Notes under the pieces: model-generated
What the model was told of the DNA's origin: nothing
Database searches by the model: none
What the model saw: the letters and a program-made list of their open reading frames with translations, nothing else
Position numbers and translations under genes: made by a program
Shown: one piece after another, positions 50,409 to 60,160 of the stretch
Layout: every line of letters begins with the position of its first letter
Numbering within the stretch: the stretch's first letter is position 1
IMG/VR virus record: IMGVR_UViG_3300005077_000001
Span: 160,001-224,000 of that record
DNA: 64,000 bases
Direction: 5' to 3' (one strand)
From: a virus
Lineage: Duplodnaviria; Caudoviricetes

Positions 50409-51452
50409 ATGGAAAAGGACTATATAGGGGAACACCCCGCTAAGCAGGTACCTAAAGTTGGATTTAAAAGAGGAATAAGATATCAACCTCGAATTTTAGT
50501 CTTAGGCGGTAATGGTTTCTTCGGTAAAAACTTACGCCCATATTTAGAATCATATTGGCCAAATGCTGATATCATAGATGTTCAAGGTAGACGCTTTTTT
50601 GATTTGACCATTCAAAATGAATGTAGGATTTGCTTTGAGCGTGCTGCAAGCCAAGGACCAATTAATATAGTAATTAATCTTGCTGCTTATAGCGGTGGTA
50701 TGTTTGAAAACATGAATCATCATGCTAGATTCTATTATCAGAATTCTATGATTAATTTGAATGTGATGGATGAGTGTGCTAGATATAAAGTAAACAAATT
50801 ACTTGTGCCTATTGGAGGTTGTAGTTATCCAGATACTAACGAGTACAACGGTGGCACATATACTGAAGATGAGATATGGAATGGGTTTGCAAATAAGAAT
50901 AGCTATGGATATTCGATGGCAAAACGTAATGCAATAGTAGGAGCATTGGCTTATAGTTCAGAATTCAATTTGAATACCACTGTTGTAATTCCTACGAATC
51001 CAATTGGACCGTGGGATAATGTAGATGAAAAAAATGCACATCTTCCGATGGCATTAATAGGTAGGTTTTTAGAAGCAATTGCTGAGGGCTATTCGACAGT
51101 AACTGTTTATGGAAGTGGTAGACCAGAAAGAGACTTTTTATACATAGGAGATATAGTGAGCTTATATCCTGCAATTATTGATCACTATGGGGAGATAGGC
51201 CCTTTAAACATTAGTTCTGGTAAAGGAACAACTATTGCAGAGATGGCAGAGCTTATAGCAAAAACTACAGGGTTCACCGGTAAAATTCATTTTGATAGAA
51301 GTAAACCAGACGGCCAGATGAAAAAGGTCCTTGATAACAGTAAGCTCTTAGAATTTGTGAATGAGTATAGCATCAAGTGGGAACCTATGGGGTTAGAAGA
51401 AAGTATTGAAACGACTGTAGAATGGTATCGTAAAAGAATTCTAGGAGAATAA
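50409..51452 (+). CDS. fcl: GDP-L-fucose synthase-like epimerase/reductase
   Basis: GGNGFFG, NLAAYSGG, CSYP, YSMAKR, PTNPIGPWDN, HLPMAL, GSGRPERDF, FDRSKPDG. Confidence 0.85.
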   Translation: MEKDYIGEHPAKQVPKVGFKRGIRYQPRILVLGGNGFFGKNLRPYLESYWPNADIIDVQGRRFFDLTIQNECRICFERAASQGPINIVINLAAYSGGMFENMNHHARFYYQNSMINLNVMDECARYKVNKLLVPIGGCSYPDTNEYNGGTYTEDEIWNGFANKNSYGYSMAKRNAIVGALAYSSEFNLNTTVVIPTNPIGPWDNVDEKNAHLPMALIGRFLEAIAEGYSTVTVYGSGRPERDFLYIGDIVSLYPAIIDHYGEIGPLNISSGKGTTIAEMAELIAKTTGFTGKIHFDRSKPDGQMKKVLDNSKLLEFVNEYSIKWEPMGLEESIETTVEWYRKRILGE

Positions 51453-51453
51453 A

Positions 51454-52320
51454 ATGACTACTATAGACTTGGAATATGTTATTACAAATCCACAATCTTA
51501 TATAATTGTTATAGGTTGTGATGGGTTTATTGGTAGTGCTTTTGTAAGATTTTCCAAATCTAATCCCGATTTTGAATATAAATTTATTTTTATTAATAGA
51601 AAAAATTATAAAGAGTGGAAAGAGTATATAGAAAAATACCAATTAGAATTTAAATCTACTATTTGGGCAGCGGGATTGTCGTCTAAAATATATTGTGAAT
51701 CTAATTTTGAATGGTGCTGGGAACAGAATGTGGATAATTTAATATTGGCAATTGATGATTTTCCTGCTGATTTGTTTGTTTATATTTCTTCATATGATGT
51801 ATATCCTAGTTTTTGGATGCCGGAAAAAAAGGAAGAGAATGCAGAAATAGATATTAATTTGCTATCTAACTACGGGAAAACAAAACTTGAAGGAGAAAAT
51901 ATTGTTAAGAGATGGGCATATAATAGTTATTTAATATTAAGACCAAATGCTTTTGTGGGGGATGGACTAAGAAAAAATATAATTTATGATTTATTGCAAG
52001 AAGAAAAAAATATTTATGTAACTTTAGATTCTATTTTTCAATTTATAAATACAGATGTTTTTGTGGAAATACTTTTAACTTTTTTAATTAATAATTATAG
52101 AGATACTATATTTAATATATCTGGTTCTAAATCAATAAGTGTAAGTTCTATTTTATCTATTATGGGAGTGAATACAGATGAGGTCATATTTAATAATTCT
52201 TCAAAAATAATAGCCGAAATGAACATATTAAAATTACAAAAAAGTATTGTAGATAATTATAACTTGCTTACAAGCGAAGATTACATATCTAATTGGAGAA
52301 GAAATGAGATGGTCAAATGA
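51454..52320 (+). CDS. NAD(P)-dependent sugar reductase/epimerase (RmlD-like SDR)
   Basis: GCDGFIGS, YISSYDVY, NYGKTKLEGE, ILRP. Confidence 0.8.
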   Translation: MTTIDLEYVITNPQSYIIVIGCDGFIGSAFVRFSKSNPDFEYKFIFINRKNYKEWKEYIEKYQLEFKSTIWAAGLSSKIYCESNFEWCWEQNVDNLILAIDDFPADLFVYISSYDVYPSFWMPEKKEENAEIDINLLSNYGKTKLEGENIVKRWAYNSYLILRPNAFVGDGLRKNIIYDLLQEEKNIYVTLDSIFQFINTDVFVEILLTFLINNYRDTIFNISGSKSISVSSILSIMGVNTDEVIFNNSSKIIAEMNILKLQKSIVDNYNLLTSEDYISNWRRNEMVK

Positions 52321-53377
52321 AGAAATAGATTATTTAATTCAAAATTATTCTAAGGAACCTATAGATAATTTATGTTTTAATTTAAATCGTAGTTGGAGTG
52401 CTGTTAGATGGAAAGCTTTTGATTTGAGATTGTTTAGACCAAGCCATATAAAGAGAATAGACACTTCTTACTTTGAAAAAATAAATAGCGAAGATAGATC
52501 TTACTTTTTAGGTTTACTATATGCAGATGGGAATGTTTGTCAAAACAAACTCGATCTTCGTTTAGTAGAGTCAGGTGGTTATATTCTTGAAAGACTTGCT
52601 AAACATATTTATTTGTATGACTTTACTATATATGATGTTCCTTCAAAGGTAATGGAAGGTGGTTATATAACAAAACCTCAAAAAAGGTTAAATATTTATA
52701 GTAAAAAAATATGTGATGATTTGATAAAATTAGGATGCACTCCTAATAAATCTCATTCTATTATTTTTCCCACTTTCATTTCTGATGAGTTAATGCCTCA
52801 TTTTATTCGTGGTTATTTTGATGGAGATGGATGTATATCCTTTTCTATTACTAAAGATAATAATCTGTCTACGAGCTTTACTATATCTTCTGTCTCACAT
52901 GGTTTTTGCAATTCCTTTAAAAATTATTTAGAAAAAATATTAAATATAACTTTATACTTATCTAAAAATAAAACTGCATTTGTTGTTAGAACAAGCAAAT
53001 TAGAAGATATAATTAAAATAAATAATTATTTATATGAGAATATGACCACAGACCTATTTTTTGAAAATAAGTATAAGAAATTTGTCCTATTAGAACAGAT
53101 GTTTTTAGATAAAAATTTTAAATTTGATTTTGTAGGAAAAGATCCTGATTCTAGAAAGGCACGGAATAAAAAAATATCTGAAGGAGTAAGAAAACTAACT
53201 TCAGAAGATGAAAAAGATATTTGTAATATGTACATTAATGGGAAAACGATGAATGAGATAGCATCATTATTTAATGTTTATCAATCTACTATAAGAAGGT
53301 ATTTGTTAAAAAACGATGTTATCATAAGAAGTAATTGGGAAAGCAGGAGATTTAATAAGAGTAATAACGAGGAATAA
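52304..53377 (+). mobile_element. Free-standing LAGLIDADG endonuclease with N-terminal Myb-like repeat and C-terminal HTH
   Basis: FLGLLYADGN, FIRGYFDGDGC; RWSNEEIDYL repeat; GKTMNEIASLFNVYQSTIRRYL HTH. Confidence 0.85.
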
Positions 53378-53379
53378 TT

Positions 53380-53610
53380 ATGACATATGACTGCATTATT
53401 TGTGGCTACACATGGGTTACTGATAATGAGCCTTCAGAAATTACTTCGAGTGGGCTATGCAAACCCTGCCTAAAGAAAAGATTAGAACCGATAGCTCATA
53501 AAGAACAAATAAAATACAGTGGTATTCCTTGCTATGCTACGGCTAAAGGGTATTGCGACCAATATGCTTGTAAGTATTATAAAATCTGCGTAGAGGTAGC
53601 AGATATATAA
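53380..53610 (+). CDS. Small Cys-rich Zn-binding protein
   Basis: CIICG...CKPC...C...C...C...C. Confidence 0.6.
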   Translation: MTYDCIICGYTWVTDNEPSEITSSGLCKPCLKKRLEPIAHKEQIKYSGIPCYATAKGYCDQYACKYYKICVEVADI

Positions 53611-53619
53611 GGAAAAAGG

Positions 53620-54294
53620 ATGACACGTAAGGCTAAGCCTAAACCAAAGCCTGATTTTAGGCATGAACTTAAACTGCGTAAAGAAGGGAATCACAATATT
53701 TTAGGAATAGATGAGGCTGGAATGAGTCCTCTAGCCGGTCCTGTTACAGCTGCTGGTGTAATCTTCTTAGAAAACCCCTACATAAAAGGATTAAATGATT
53801 CTAAATTACTAAGCCCAGAAAAGCGTGAAGATTTATATGAACAGATAATAAATAAAGCTTATAAATACCAAGTTATTTCAATTGGAGTAAATGACATTAA
53901 TAACTTGAATATATTTAATGCTTCCCAAAAAGCAATGCGTACGATTATATATACCTTATACGGCTATTATAATGCTATTTTAGTAGACGGCAATAAAAAA
54001 ATAAAGCATTTAATGCCACCATACGATTTAATTCCTCAATTTCCATTAGTAAAAGGAGATCAGCGTTCAATATCCATTGCAGCGGCTAGCATATTAGCTA
54101 AAGTAACTAGGGATAGGTATATGTGTAAATTAGCAGAGAAATATCCCTGGTACGGATGGCAACAAAATAAAGGATACCCAACTGCTATGCATAAAGAGGC
54201 AATAAGAAAGTATGGAACTACAGAGCATCACAGGGTTGGGTTTAAAGGAGTTAGAGAATACATTGGCAAATTATACAAAACTTCACGAAGATAA
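53620..54294 (+). CDS. rnhB: Ribonuclease HII
   Basis: GIDEAG.SPLAGPV, LNDSK, VDGN, KGDQRSISIAAASILAKVTRD, KGYPT. Confidence 0.95.
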   Translation: MTRKAKPKPKPDFRHELKLRKEGNHNILGIDEAGMSPLAGPVTAAGVIFLENPYIKGLNDSKLLSPEKREDLYEQIINKAYKYQVISIGVNDINNLNIFNASQKAMRTIIYTLYGYYNAILVDGNKKIKHLMPPYDLIPQFPLVKGDQRSISIAAASILAKVTRDRYMCKLAEKYPWYGWQQNKGYPTAMHKEAIRKYGTTEHHRVGFKGVREYIGKLYKTSRR

Positions 54295-54448
54295 AGATTG
54301 GATTATCAGCATAGAAGATAATCCCAAAGATAATAAACAAGTTATTGTGACTTACAAAATGATAGATGGGACTACTGCAAAAGCATACATTAGTAAATCA
54401 CCCATTAAAACTAAGAAGAAAAAAAATAATGAATTCAAAATTAAATGA
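54212..54448 (+). CDS. Hypothetical protein (true start possibly TTG 54263)
   Basis: Overlaps the rnhB 3' end; AAGGAG at 54245-54250. Confidence 0.4.
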   Translation: MELQSITGLGLKELENTLANYTKLHEDKDWIISIEDNPKDNKQVIVTYKMIDGTTAKAYISKSPIKTKKKKNNEFKIK

Positions 54449-55286
54449 ACATATAGTTACAGTTTCAGAAGTTGTACTTAACCAAACTTTAGCACATCAT
54501 CAAAAAGAAATATTAGGAGGAGTAACTAGCAATAAAAACTCTATTATAATTATGAATAGAGGCGGAAGTAAAACTTTTATGATAGCGTATTTGGCACTTA
54601 TAAATGCTTGGACTCATCCTGGTATAAGAATAGGGTGCTTTGCTAGTAGTTTTAGACAATCTAAACTTATATATGAACAAATAAAGAAAATAATAGAAGC
54701 ATCACCAATCCTACAATCAAATATTTATGAAAAATTTTCTTCTTTAGATAATTGGAGTATAACTTTTAATAAAGGATTGAATAGCAAGTCTTCTATAATT
54801 CAATCATTTCCATTAAACGATGGATGCAAATTAAAAGGTAAAAGATACGACCAAGTGTATATAGATGAAGGTTATACTTTACCTGAAGATGTATTCGATA
54901 TGGTAATAAGACCGATGGTTATGACTTCCCAAGATCCTTTTCAGTTTATGAAGCATACTGAGTTAAAAGAATATATTAATAATTGTGCTTTAACAAGAGC
55001 AAACAAGGATAAATGCCTTGCTGTTGCTGAACAAGATTATAATGAGTATTTAACTAAATTTCCTCCTAAAAAAATAGTTATATTTTCTACTGCTTATTAT
55101 GATAATTGGCTGTATACTCTATATAATTCTTACTATAAAAAAGATGATTGTTTTACTGTTACTTATAGTTATTTGAATATGCCTAAAGGTTGGTTCGATG
55201 ATGAATATTTAAAAAATCAAAGATCTAAAGACGAGGAACTTTTTCGTATGGAATATGGAAGTGTTTGGCTAGCGAGGACTATTTGA
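54429..55286 (+). CDS. Terminase large subunit-like ATPase domain (no nuclease domain)
   Basis: Start moved to the ATG at 54429. HQKE, NRGGSKTF (Walker A-like), YIDEG (Walker B), FSTA, ends at FRMEYGSVW. Confidence 0.7.
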   Translation: MNSKLNEHIVTVSEVVLNQTLAHHQKEILGGVTSNKNSIIIMNRGGSKTFMIAYLALINAWTHPGIRIGCFASSFRQSKLIYEQIKKIIEASPILQSNIYEKFSSLDNWSITFNKGLNSKSSIIQSFPLNDGCKLKGKRYDQVYIDEGYTLPEDVFDMVIRPMVMTSQDPFQFMKHTELKEYINNCALTRANKDKCLAVAEQDYNEYLTKFPPKKIVIFSTAYYDNWLYTLYNSYYKKDDCFTVTYSYLNMPKGWFDDEYLKNQRSKDEELFRMEYGSVWLARTI

Positions 55287-55486
55287 TGGGCGAATGGGTG
55301 GAAGCATACATAGAAAGTAAAAATAATGAACCTAACCATTTAGGAGATATGAAGCCTACACTACGAAAGTGTTGGGGAGTAATGGATAGGAAAGGAAAAT
55401 GTGAAAATACTTTTGTATCCGCAATACGTGTATATTGTGATGACTGTATAAGGTATTATAACAGTGGAGCATGGAAAAATAAATGA
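55265..55486 (+). CDS. Small Cys-containing hypothetical protein
   Basis: ORF track; ATGA coupling to the next gene. Confidence 0.5.
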   Translation: MASEDYLMGEWVEAYIESKNNEPNHLGDMKPTLRKCWGVMDRKGKCENTFVSAIRVYCDDCIRYYNSGAWKNK

Positions 55487-55701
55487 AGTATAAATGTCCT
55501 TGGTGTGGGTTTGTATCTGACCAAGTAAATTGTAACTATTCTTATGGCATAGATGAATACGTGGAATTTATTTCTTGTAGTAAATGTGGAAGCCAAATGG
55601 GTTATACGAACTATTATTTTGATGATAGACGTGATTGTGAAGAGAACGGAGTCTTTAATTATCTAGATACTAATAGTAGTAAGAACAAAGGAGGTGTTTG
55701 A
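55483..55701 (+). CDS. Small Zn-ribbon protein
   Basis: CPWCG...CSKCG. Confidence 0.65.
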   Translation: MKYKCPWCGFVSDQVNCNYSYGIDEYVEFISCSKCGSQMGYTNYYFDDRRDCEENGVFNYLDTNSSKNKGGV

Positions 55702-55703
55702 AC

Positions 55704-55817
55704 ATGGACATTATAATTAGTTTTGTTGCGGGGCTATTAGTTGGATGGTGGGCATTAAAACAACCTCAATGGGTGGCCGACTTAAAGGATCGTATTTTCA
55801 ATAATCAGAATAATTAA
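55704..55817 (+). CDS. 37-aa putative membrane peptide (not in ORF track)
   Basis: Translated by hand: MDIIISFVAGLLVGWWALKQPQWVADLKDRIFNNQNN; AAGGAGG SD upstream. Confidence 0.55.
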   Translation: MDIIISFVAGLLVGWWALKQPQWVADLKDRIFNNQNN

Positions 55818-55828
55818 GAAGGGGTTTT

Positions 55829-56815
55829 TTGATGATTATATCTAGTTCTCCTACTCGTTTGAGCTTAGGCTCAATGGATCATTCGCCGTTCGCTGAACGA
55901 TTTGGTGGAAATGCTTTAAACATAGCTATTAATAAGAGAATTTATATTCTCATACGAAAACGTAATAATATTGAAGATTTTAAATACCGAATTTCATACT
56001 CTAAAACAGAGTTATGTAATGACATAGATGAGATAGAGCATCCTTTAGTGAGAGAGTCAATAAGATATGTAAATGTAAAAGATCCTATCGAAGTCGTTTA
56101 TTCTTCTGATGTTCCAACTCAATTAGGTATGGGAACTAGTTCTTCTATGACAGTTGCTTTACTCAAAGCTCTGTACTATTTTAATAATACAGCCATATCG
56201 TCTGAATTACTATTTGATAGGGCTTACCTTATCGAACGAGAATTAGTAAAAGAACAAGGCGGTTTTCAAGATTTTAGCTGTACTTGGGGAGGATTAAATT
56301 ACTTAGAAGGAAGTCCTTATAAGATTAATCGCATACCTGTAGTTTTATCTATGGATAAATTAGAAGAATTGAAGCAACATATACTCCTACTATACACAGG
56401 AAAAAGGGAAAATTCCAATGATGTATTGAAAGAACAATTAAAAAAAATGAAGAAAGGTCAAACTCTAGAAGAGTCCTTGAGAATCAAATCTTTAGTATCG
56501 GAAATGTATTCTTTATTCTTACAGCCTGATTTTCATCCAATGCACTTATGCCCTGCTATTAAGGAAGGATGGGAATTAAAAAAGAAGTTATCATCCACAA
56601 TGACTTCTGAATTAATAAATAATGTCGAGCATGTAATTTATGGTATTGATTCTTATGCAGGGGTAAGATTAGTAGGTAGTGGCGGCGGTAGAGGATTAAT
56701 CATGGTTATTACTAAACCGAGAAATCATGATGAGATTATAAGAAAAACTAAATTAAAATCACTAGATTTTGATTGGGATTTTGACGGATGTAGAGTCAGA
56801 AAGGTAGAGGGATAA
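55829..56815 (+). CDS. hddA: GHMP kinase, D-glycero-D-manno-heptose-7-phosphate kinase (HddA/WcbL)-like
   Basis: SSPTRLSL, SDVPTQLGMGTSSS (GHMP ATP loop), GGFQD, LLLYTG..RE, VGSGGGRG. Confidence 0.75.
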   Translation: MMIISSSPTRLSLGSMDHSPFAERFGGNALNIAINKRIYILIRKRNNIEDFKYRISYSKTELCNDIDEIEHPLVRESIRYVNVKDPIEVVYSSDVPTQLGMGTSSSMTVALLKALYYFNNTAISSELLFDRAYLIERELVKEQGGFQDFSCTWGGLNYLEGSPYKINRIPVVLSMDKLEELKQHILLLYTGKRENSNDVLKEQLKKMKKGQTLEESLRIKSLVSEMYSLFLQPDFHPMHLCPAIKEGWELKKKLSSTMTSELINNVEHVIYGIDSYAGVRLVGSGGGRGLIMVITKPRNHDEIIRKTKLKSLDFDWDFDGCRVRKVEG

Positions 56816-57733
56816 ATGGAAGGTGTGTCAATATGCTTGACTCTTAAAAACAGAGCACACTTACTAAAATATTGCTTGGAGTCTATTTCTAGACAAGATA
56901 CCAAATTAGATATCGAGATATGCGTTATAGATGGATTTTCTACAGATGGGTTAATCCCACTATTGGATAGATACAGCGACTTGTTTACAATTAAATATGC
57001 ATGTGCTGATAGAACAAAATCAGATATTCCTATTTTAACAAATAATCCTGCCAAAGAACATAATTTAAATGTGCGTTGGATGGCGTCTTATGATACTGTT
57101 ATTAAGATAGACCCAGAGATTGTAATAAAAGACCCTTGGACCATACAAGAAATTTACGATTTAGTATGTGCAGATTATAATAAGCATTATAATGCGAGAG
57201 CTTGGTTCACAAACGGGGATTCTTGGTATTCTAATTATGAAGATATAATTGATAACTTTTATATGCACCCAATGGTTGAGAGTAATGAGTTTTTTAGTAG
57301 GAGCCAGTTTTATTTTTGTAGTGGATTTTCTCGTACAAGTTTTATAAAAATGGGTGGAATAGAAGAACTGATGGTAAGTGGGGACGGGTTTGATGATACT
57401 ACATGGTTATCAAATTGGCAAAATCATTATAATAATGGAGGGCTTATAGAGGTAAGTGGGCAATGTATTCATTTGTGGCATTCTGCAACTCCAAACCACA
57501 GTAGTAGTTTATTTGAATTAAATAGAAGGAAATATGAATTATTTAAAAATAGGAAGCAAGCTAATAGCATTTGCTTAGAAGAAAAATCAAATGGGGAACT
57601 ATCTATAATTGAGTGTACTCGTAATTGGGCAAACCCAGAGATGCTTAGTACTGTCTACACTATTAAGGATGGCAAAGTAATTAATGAAGAAAAGATTACA
57701 GAAGATGCTATAAGTTTGGATTTATCTATATAA
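56816..57733 (+). CDS. Glycosyltransferase family 2-like; paralog of 39022-39891
   Basis: VSICLTLKNRAHLL, DGFSTDG, KIDPE, MGGIEE...DDT, IHLWH. Confidence 0.85.
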   Translation: MEGVSICLTLKNRAHLLKYCLESISRQDTKLDIEICVIDGFSTDGLIPLLDRYSDLFTIKYACADRTKSDIPILTNNPAKEHNLNVRWMASYDTVIKIDPEIVIKDPWTIQEIYDLVCADYNKHYNARAWFTNGDSWYSNYEDIIDNFYMHPMVESNEFFSRSQFYFCSGFSRTSFIKMGGIEELMVSGDGFDDTTWLSNWQNHYNNGGLIEVSGQCIHLWHSATPNHSSSLFELNRRKYELFKNRKQANSICLEEKSNGELSIIECTRNWANPEMLSTVYTIKDGKVINEEKITEDAISLDLSI

Positions 57734-57749
57734 GGAAAGGAAAATTATT

Positions 57750-58817
57750 GTGGATAAAATAAAGGAATTGGAATTACTAAAATACCATGCTAATAAGATA
57801 GGGCATACTGGAATATCAGATCGGATAGACTCTATTGTAAATTTATTTAATGAGTATGATATCACTGACGAGTCAGAGAGGTCTTACAACCCTTTGTATA
57901 TTGTATGGTCAATCGCTCACACTGATATAAAATCATTAAAGTATAAATTAGGACAATTCGTTCAAAACGCACAGACTATTGCTCCAGATTTTATTCACTT
58001 TGTTTGTGATAAGAGTATCAAGAGAGACGTTTATAGTATTGTTGATAGTCTAGTTGAAGAATATGGAGTTAAGTTTACATGGTATCTTACAGGTGTTGAT
58101 AGAAAGTTTAAGGGAAATTCTAATATACTAAATTGGGAAATTGGTCTTTATTCTGATTTAGTAAATGAAGATAGGGTGTTGTTTTTAAATGATAGTATAT
58201 TATTTTTTGATGTGAATGCTCTATTGAATTATGCAAGGATAGCAAATCTAAATTATATTACAAATTTTTCTACTATTATGGGTCAGCATCTAGCATATAA
58301 AATTCTTGATTGGTCTTGGGGAGTGCACTCAAAATGGGCACCTACTCCAGTTCTTAATGCCTGGGTTTCTAGTAGAGCAAAATTAAAAGAAATTGGTGGA
58401 TTTGATATTAGATTTAGATTAGGGTCTGGGTATATGGGAGAATTAGATTTACTTTTACGATGGGTATTGAATAAAGACTATATATCTTATAAAATTGAAG
58501 ATAGCGTATCTGTTTTAAGAACACCTCAATTAATTACTACATTAGAACAAAAGCAAATAGTAGACTTACAAGTAAGCCAATTATTTCCTATTTTTAGAGA
58601 TAAGTATGGAGAAATCAATCCGTTTATGCAGGTACCTTTTCGATTAGATACTCCTTTAATTAGAGTAACTGAAGCCATGACAGACCATCCGTTCTCAGTG
58701 ATAGAATGGGAATCAAAGTTTATTGAAAACATACAAAAATTAGGTAATCAGTTGATAGATAATAAAAGATATATTTATGATTTTCATAAGCCTAATTTAA
58801 ATCTATTTATGGAGTAG
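57750..58817 (+). CDS. Probable GT-A glycosyltransferase
   Basis: VLFLNDS; LKEIGGFDIRF...GELDLLLR motif of GT2-like enzymes. Confidence 0.55.
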   Translation: MDKIKELELLKYHANKIGHTGISDRIDSIVNLFNEYDITDESERSYNPLYIVWSIAHTDIKSLKYKLGQFVQNAQTIAPDFIHFVCDKSIKRDVYSIVDSLVEEYGVKFTWYLTGVDRKFKGNSNILNWEIGLYSDLVNEDRVLFLNDSILFFDVNALLNYARIANLNYITNFSTIMGQHLAYKILDWSWGVHSKWAPTPVLNAWVSSRAKLKEIGGFDIRFRLGSGYMGELDLLLRWVLNKDYISYKIEDSVSVLRTPQLITTLEQKQIVDLQVSQLFPIFRDKYGEINPFMQVPFRLDTPLIRVTEAMTDHPFSVIEWESKFIENIQKLGNQLIDNKRYIYDFHKPNLNLFME

Positions 58818-58822
58818 CGGCA

Positions 58823-59044
58823 GTGAGAATAGATTTATCATACATGTATGTGTGTGAATACTGTGGAGCAGGTTCTTATATGGAAGATGATGGTGATGGA
58901 TGGATGTTGCATTTTGAATGTAGTTGTTGGGGAAGATGCTGGTGTCTAGGTCATCCTGAAGATTGGATAAGGTGGAAAGATAAGAATTTAATTCCTTATA
59001 TTCCATATATTGAGAGTAATGCTATAAAGGAAAGGGGAGAATAA
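58823..59044 (+). CDS. Small Cys-rich protein
   Basis: CEYCG...CSCWGRCWC. Confidence 0.5.
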   Translation: MRIDLSYMYVCEYCGAGSYMEDDGDGWMLHFECSCWGRCWCLGHPEDWIRWKDKNLIPYIPYIESNAIKERGE

Positions 59045-59955
59045 TGGGAAGTCTTACTGCATACGGAGTGGTATTTGAAGGAATAACTGGAAAAGTACCA
59101 GTAGAAGAAAGTATTGAATCCATTATTGATGAAGTTGATTCTTTTATTATAGTAGATGCATCAAAGTATGATAGGTGGAATGGGTGGCATAAATATAGTA
59201 AAGTTAAGTATATAAAGACAGAGTTTCCTATACACGATAACCCATTTGGAGCATTGTGGACTTTGGGATTAAAAAATGTGAACACAGAGTATGCTTGGTT
59301 CGTAGATTTAGATGAAATCCTTGAGCTACCTTCTGGTAAATCTATTAAAGAAATCATGGCAAACTATGATTTAAATCAATACGCTATCTCGTTTAGATTA
59401 ATACACTACTATTGTTCGAGGAATTTTGCATTTAAACCAGAGGTGGTTCCTACGAAAGGAGCTTCTATTTTTAAAACATCGCCTGATTTGATTCATGATT
59501 TCATTCCTATATACACAGAAACTGATGGATTTAAAAGGTATAGTAAAGATATCAATCTACAGGATGGTGTAAGGATAGTCAATACTAGAACCAATGGTAC
59601 ACTTGAGCATTATCCTACTGTTGATATGAATGACGCCTTTTTACATCATTTATCTCATTTGGATTATTATGGAAAGATAGTGAAATCATTTAACCAGATG
59701 GGGCATGTACTAAGTATTGATTCTAAATACTATTACCCAAATGATATTCGTTTGACTCCAGAAATTGCTGCAAAAATTTATGAAGCTGGAGAAGAACAAA
59801 TAGAAGAAAACAATGTTGAATTCTTCCAACAGGAAGCAGTACCTTACGACTATATTTCTAATGTATATGTTGATAGGTATATAGAAAAATACAATATTAA
59901 AGAGTTTAATCCATATGAACAAAAAGGATATAAGGAAAAGTATGGAGATAGATAA
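59044..59955 (+). CDS. Glycosyltransferase family 2-like
   Basis: SIESIIDEVDSFIIVD, ALWTLGLKNVNTEYAWFVDLDE (DxD), LHHLSH. Confidence 0.75.
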   Translation: MGSLTAYGVVFEGITGKVPVEESIESIIDEVDSFIIVDASKYDRWNGWHKYSKVKYIKTEFPIHDNPFGALWTLGLKNVNTEYAWFVDLDEILELPSGKSIKEIMANYDLNQYAISFRLIHYYCSRNFAFKPEVVPTKGASIFKTSPDLIHDFIPIYTETDGFKRYSKDINLQDGVRIVNTRTNGTLEHYPTVDMNDAFLHHLSHLDYYGKIVKSFNQMGHVLSIDSKYYYPNDIRLTPEIAAKIYEAGEEQIEENNVEFFQQEAVPYDYISNVYVDRYIEKYNIKEFNPYEQKGYKEKYGDR

Positions 59956-60160
59956 AAAAGTTTACCTACATATAACAGACTGGATTAAAAGTCTAGAAAA
60001 AGAATTAAAATATTTTGAGATGTTTGACAAAGTTGGATATGATGCACGTAATTTAAGGCATAAAATATCTATTTTAAGAAGAACGCTGTCGTGGTATTCA
60101 ATTGGTAACTATTATGTACCACATATGTTTTTGGAAGAAAAAGAGGAAATAAATGAGTAA
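59915..60160 (+). CDS. Hypothetical protein
   Basis: ORF track; overlaps neighbours. Confidence 0.45.
   Translation: MNKKDIRKSMEIDKKVYLHITDWIKSLEKELKYFEMFDKVGYDARNLRHKISILRRTLSWYSIGNYYVPHMFLEEKEEINE

Noticed and set aside
55265-55486. Frameshifted continuation (nuclease domain) of the terminase-like gene
   Set aside because: The overlapping ORF is only 73 aa with no RNase H-like acidic motifs, and the terminase frame hits another stop shortly after its TGA.
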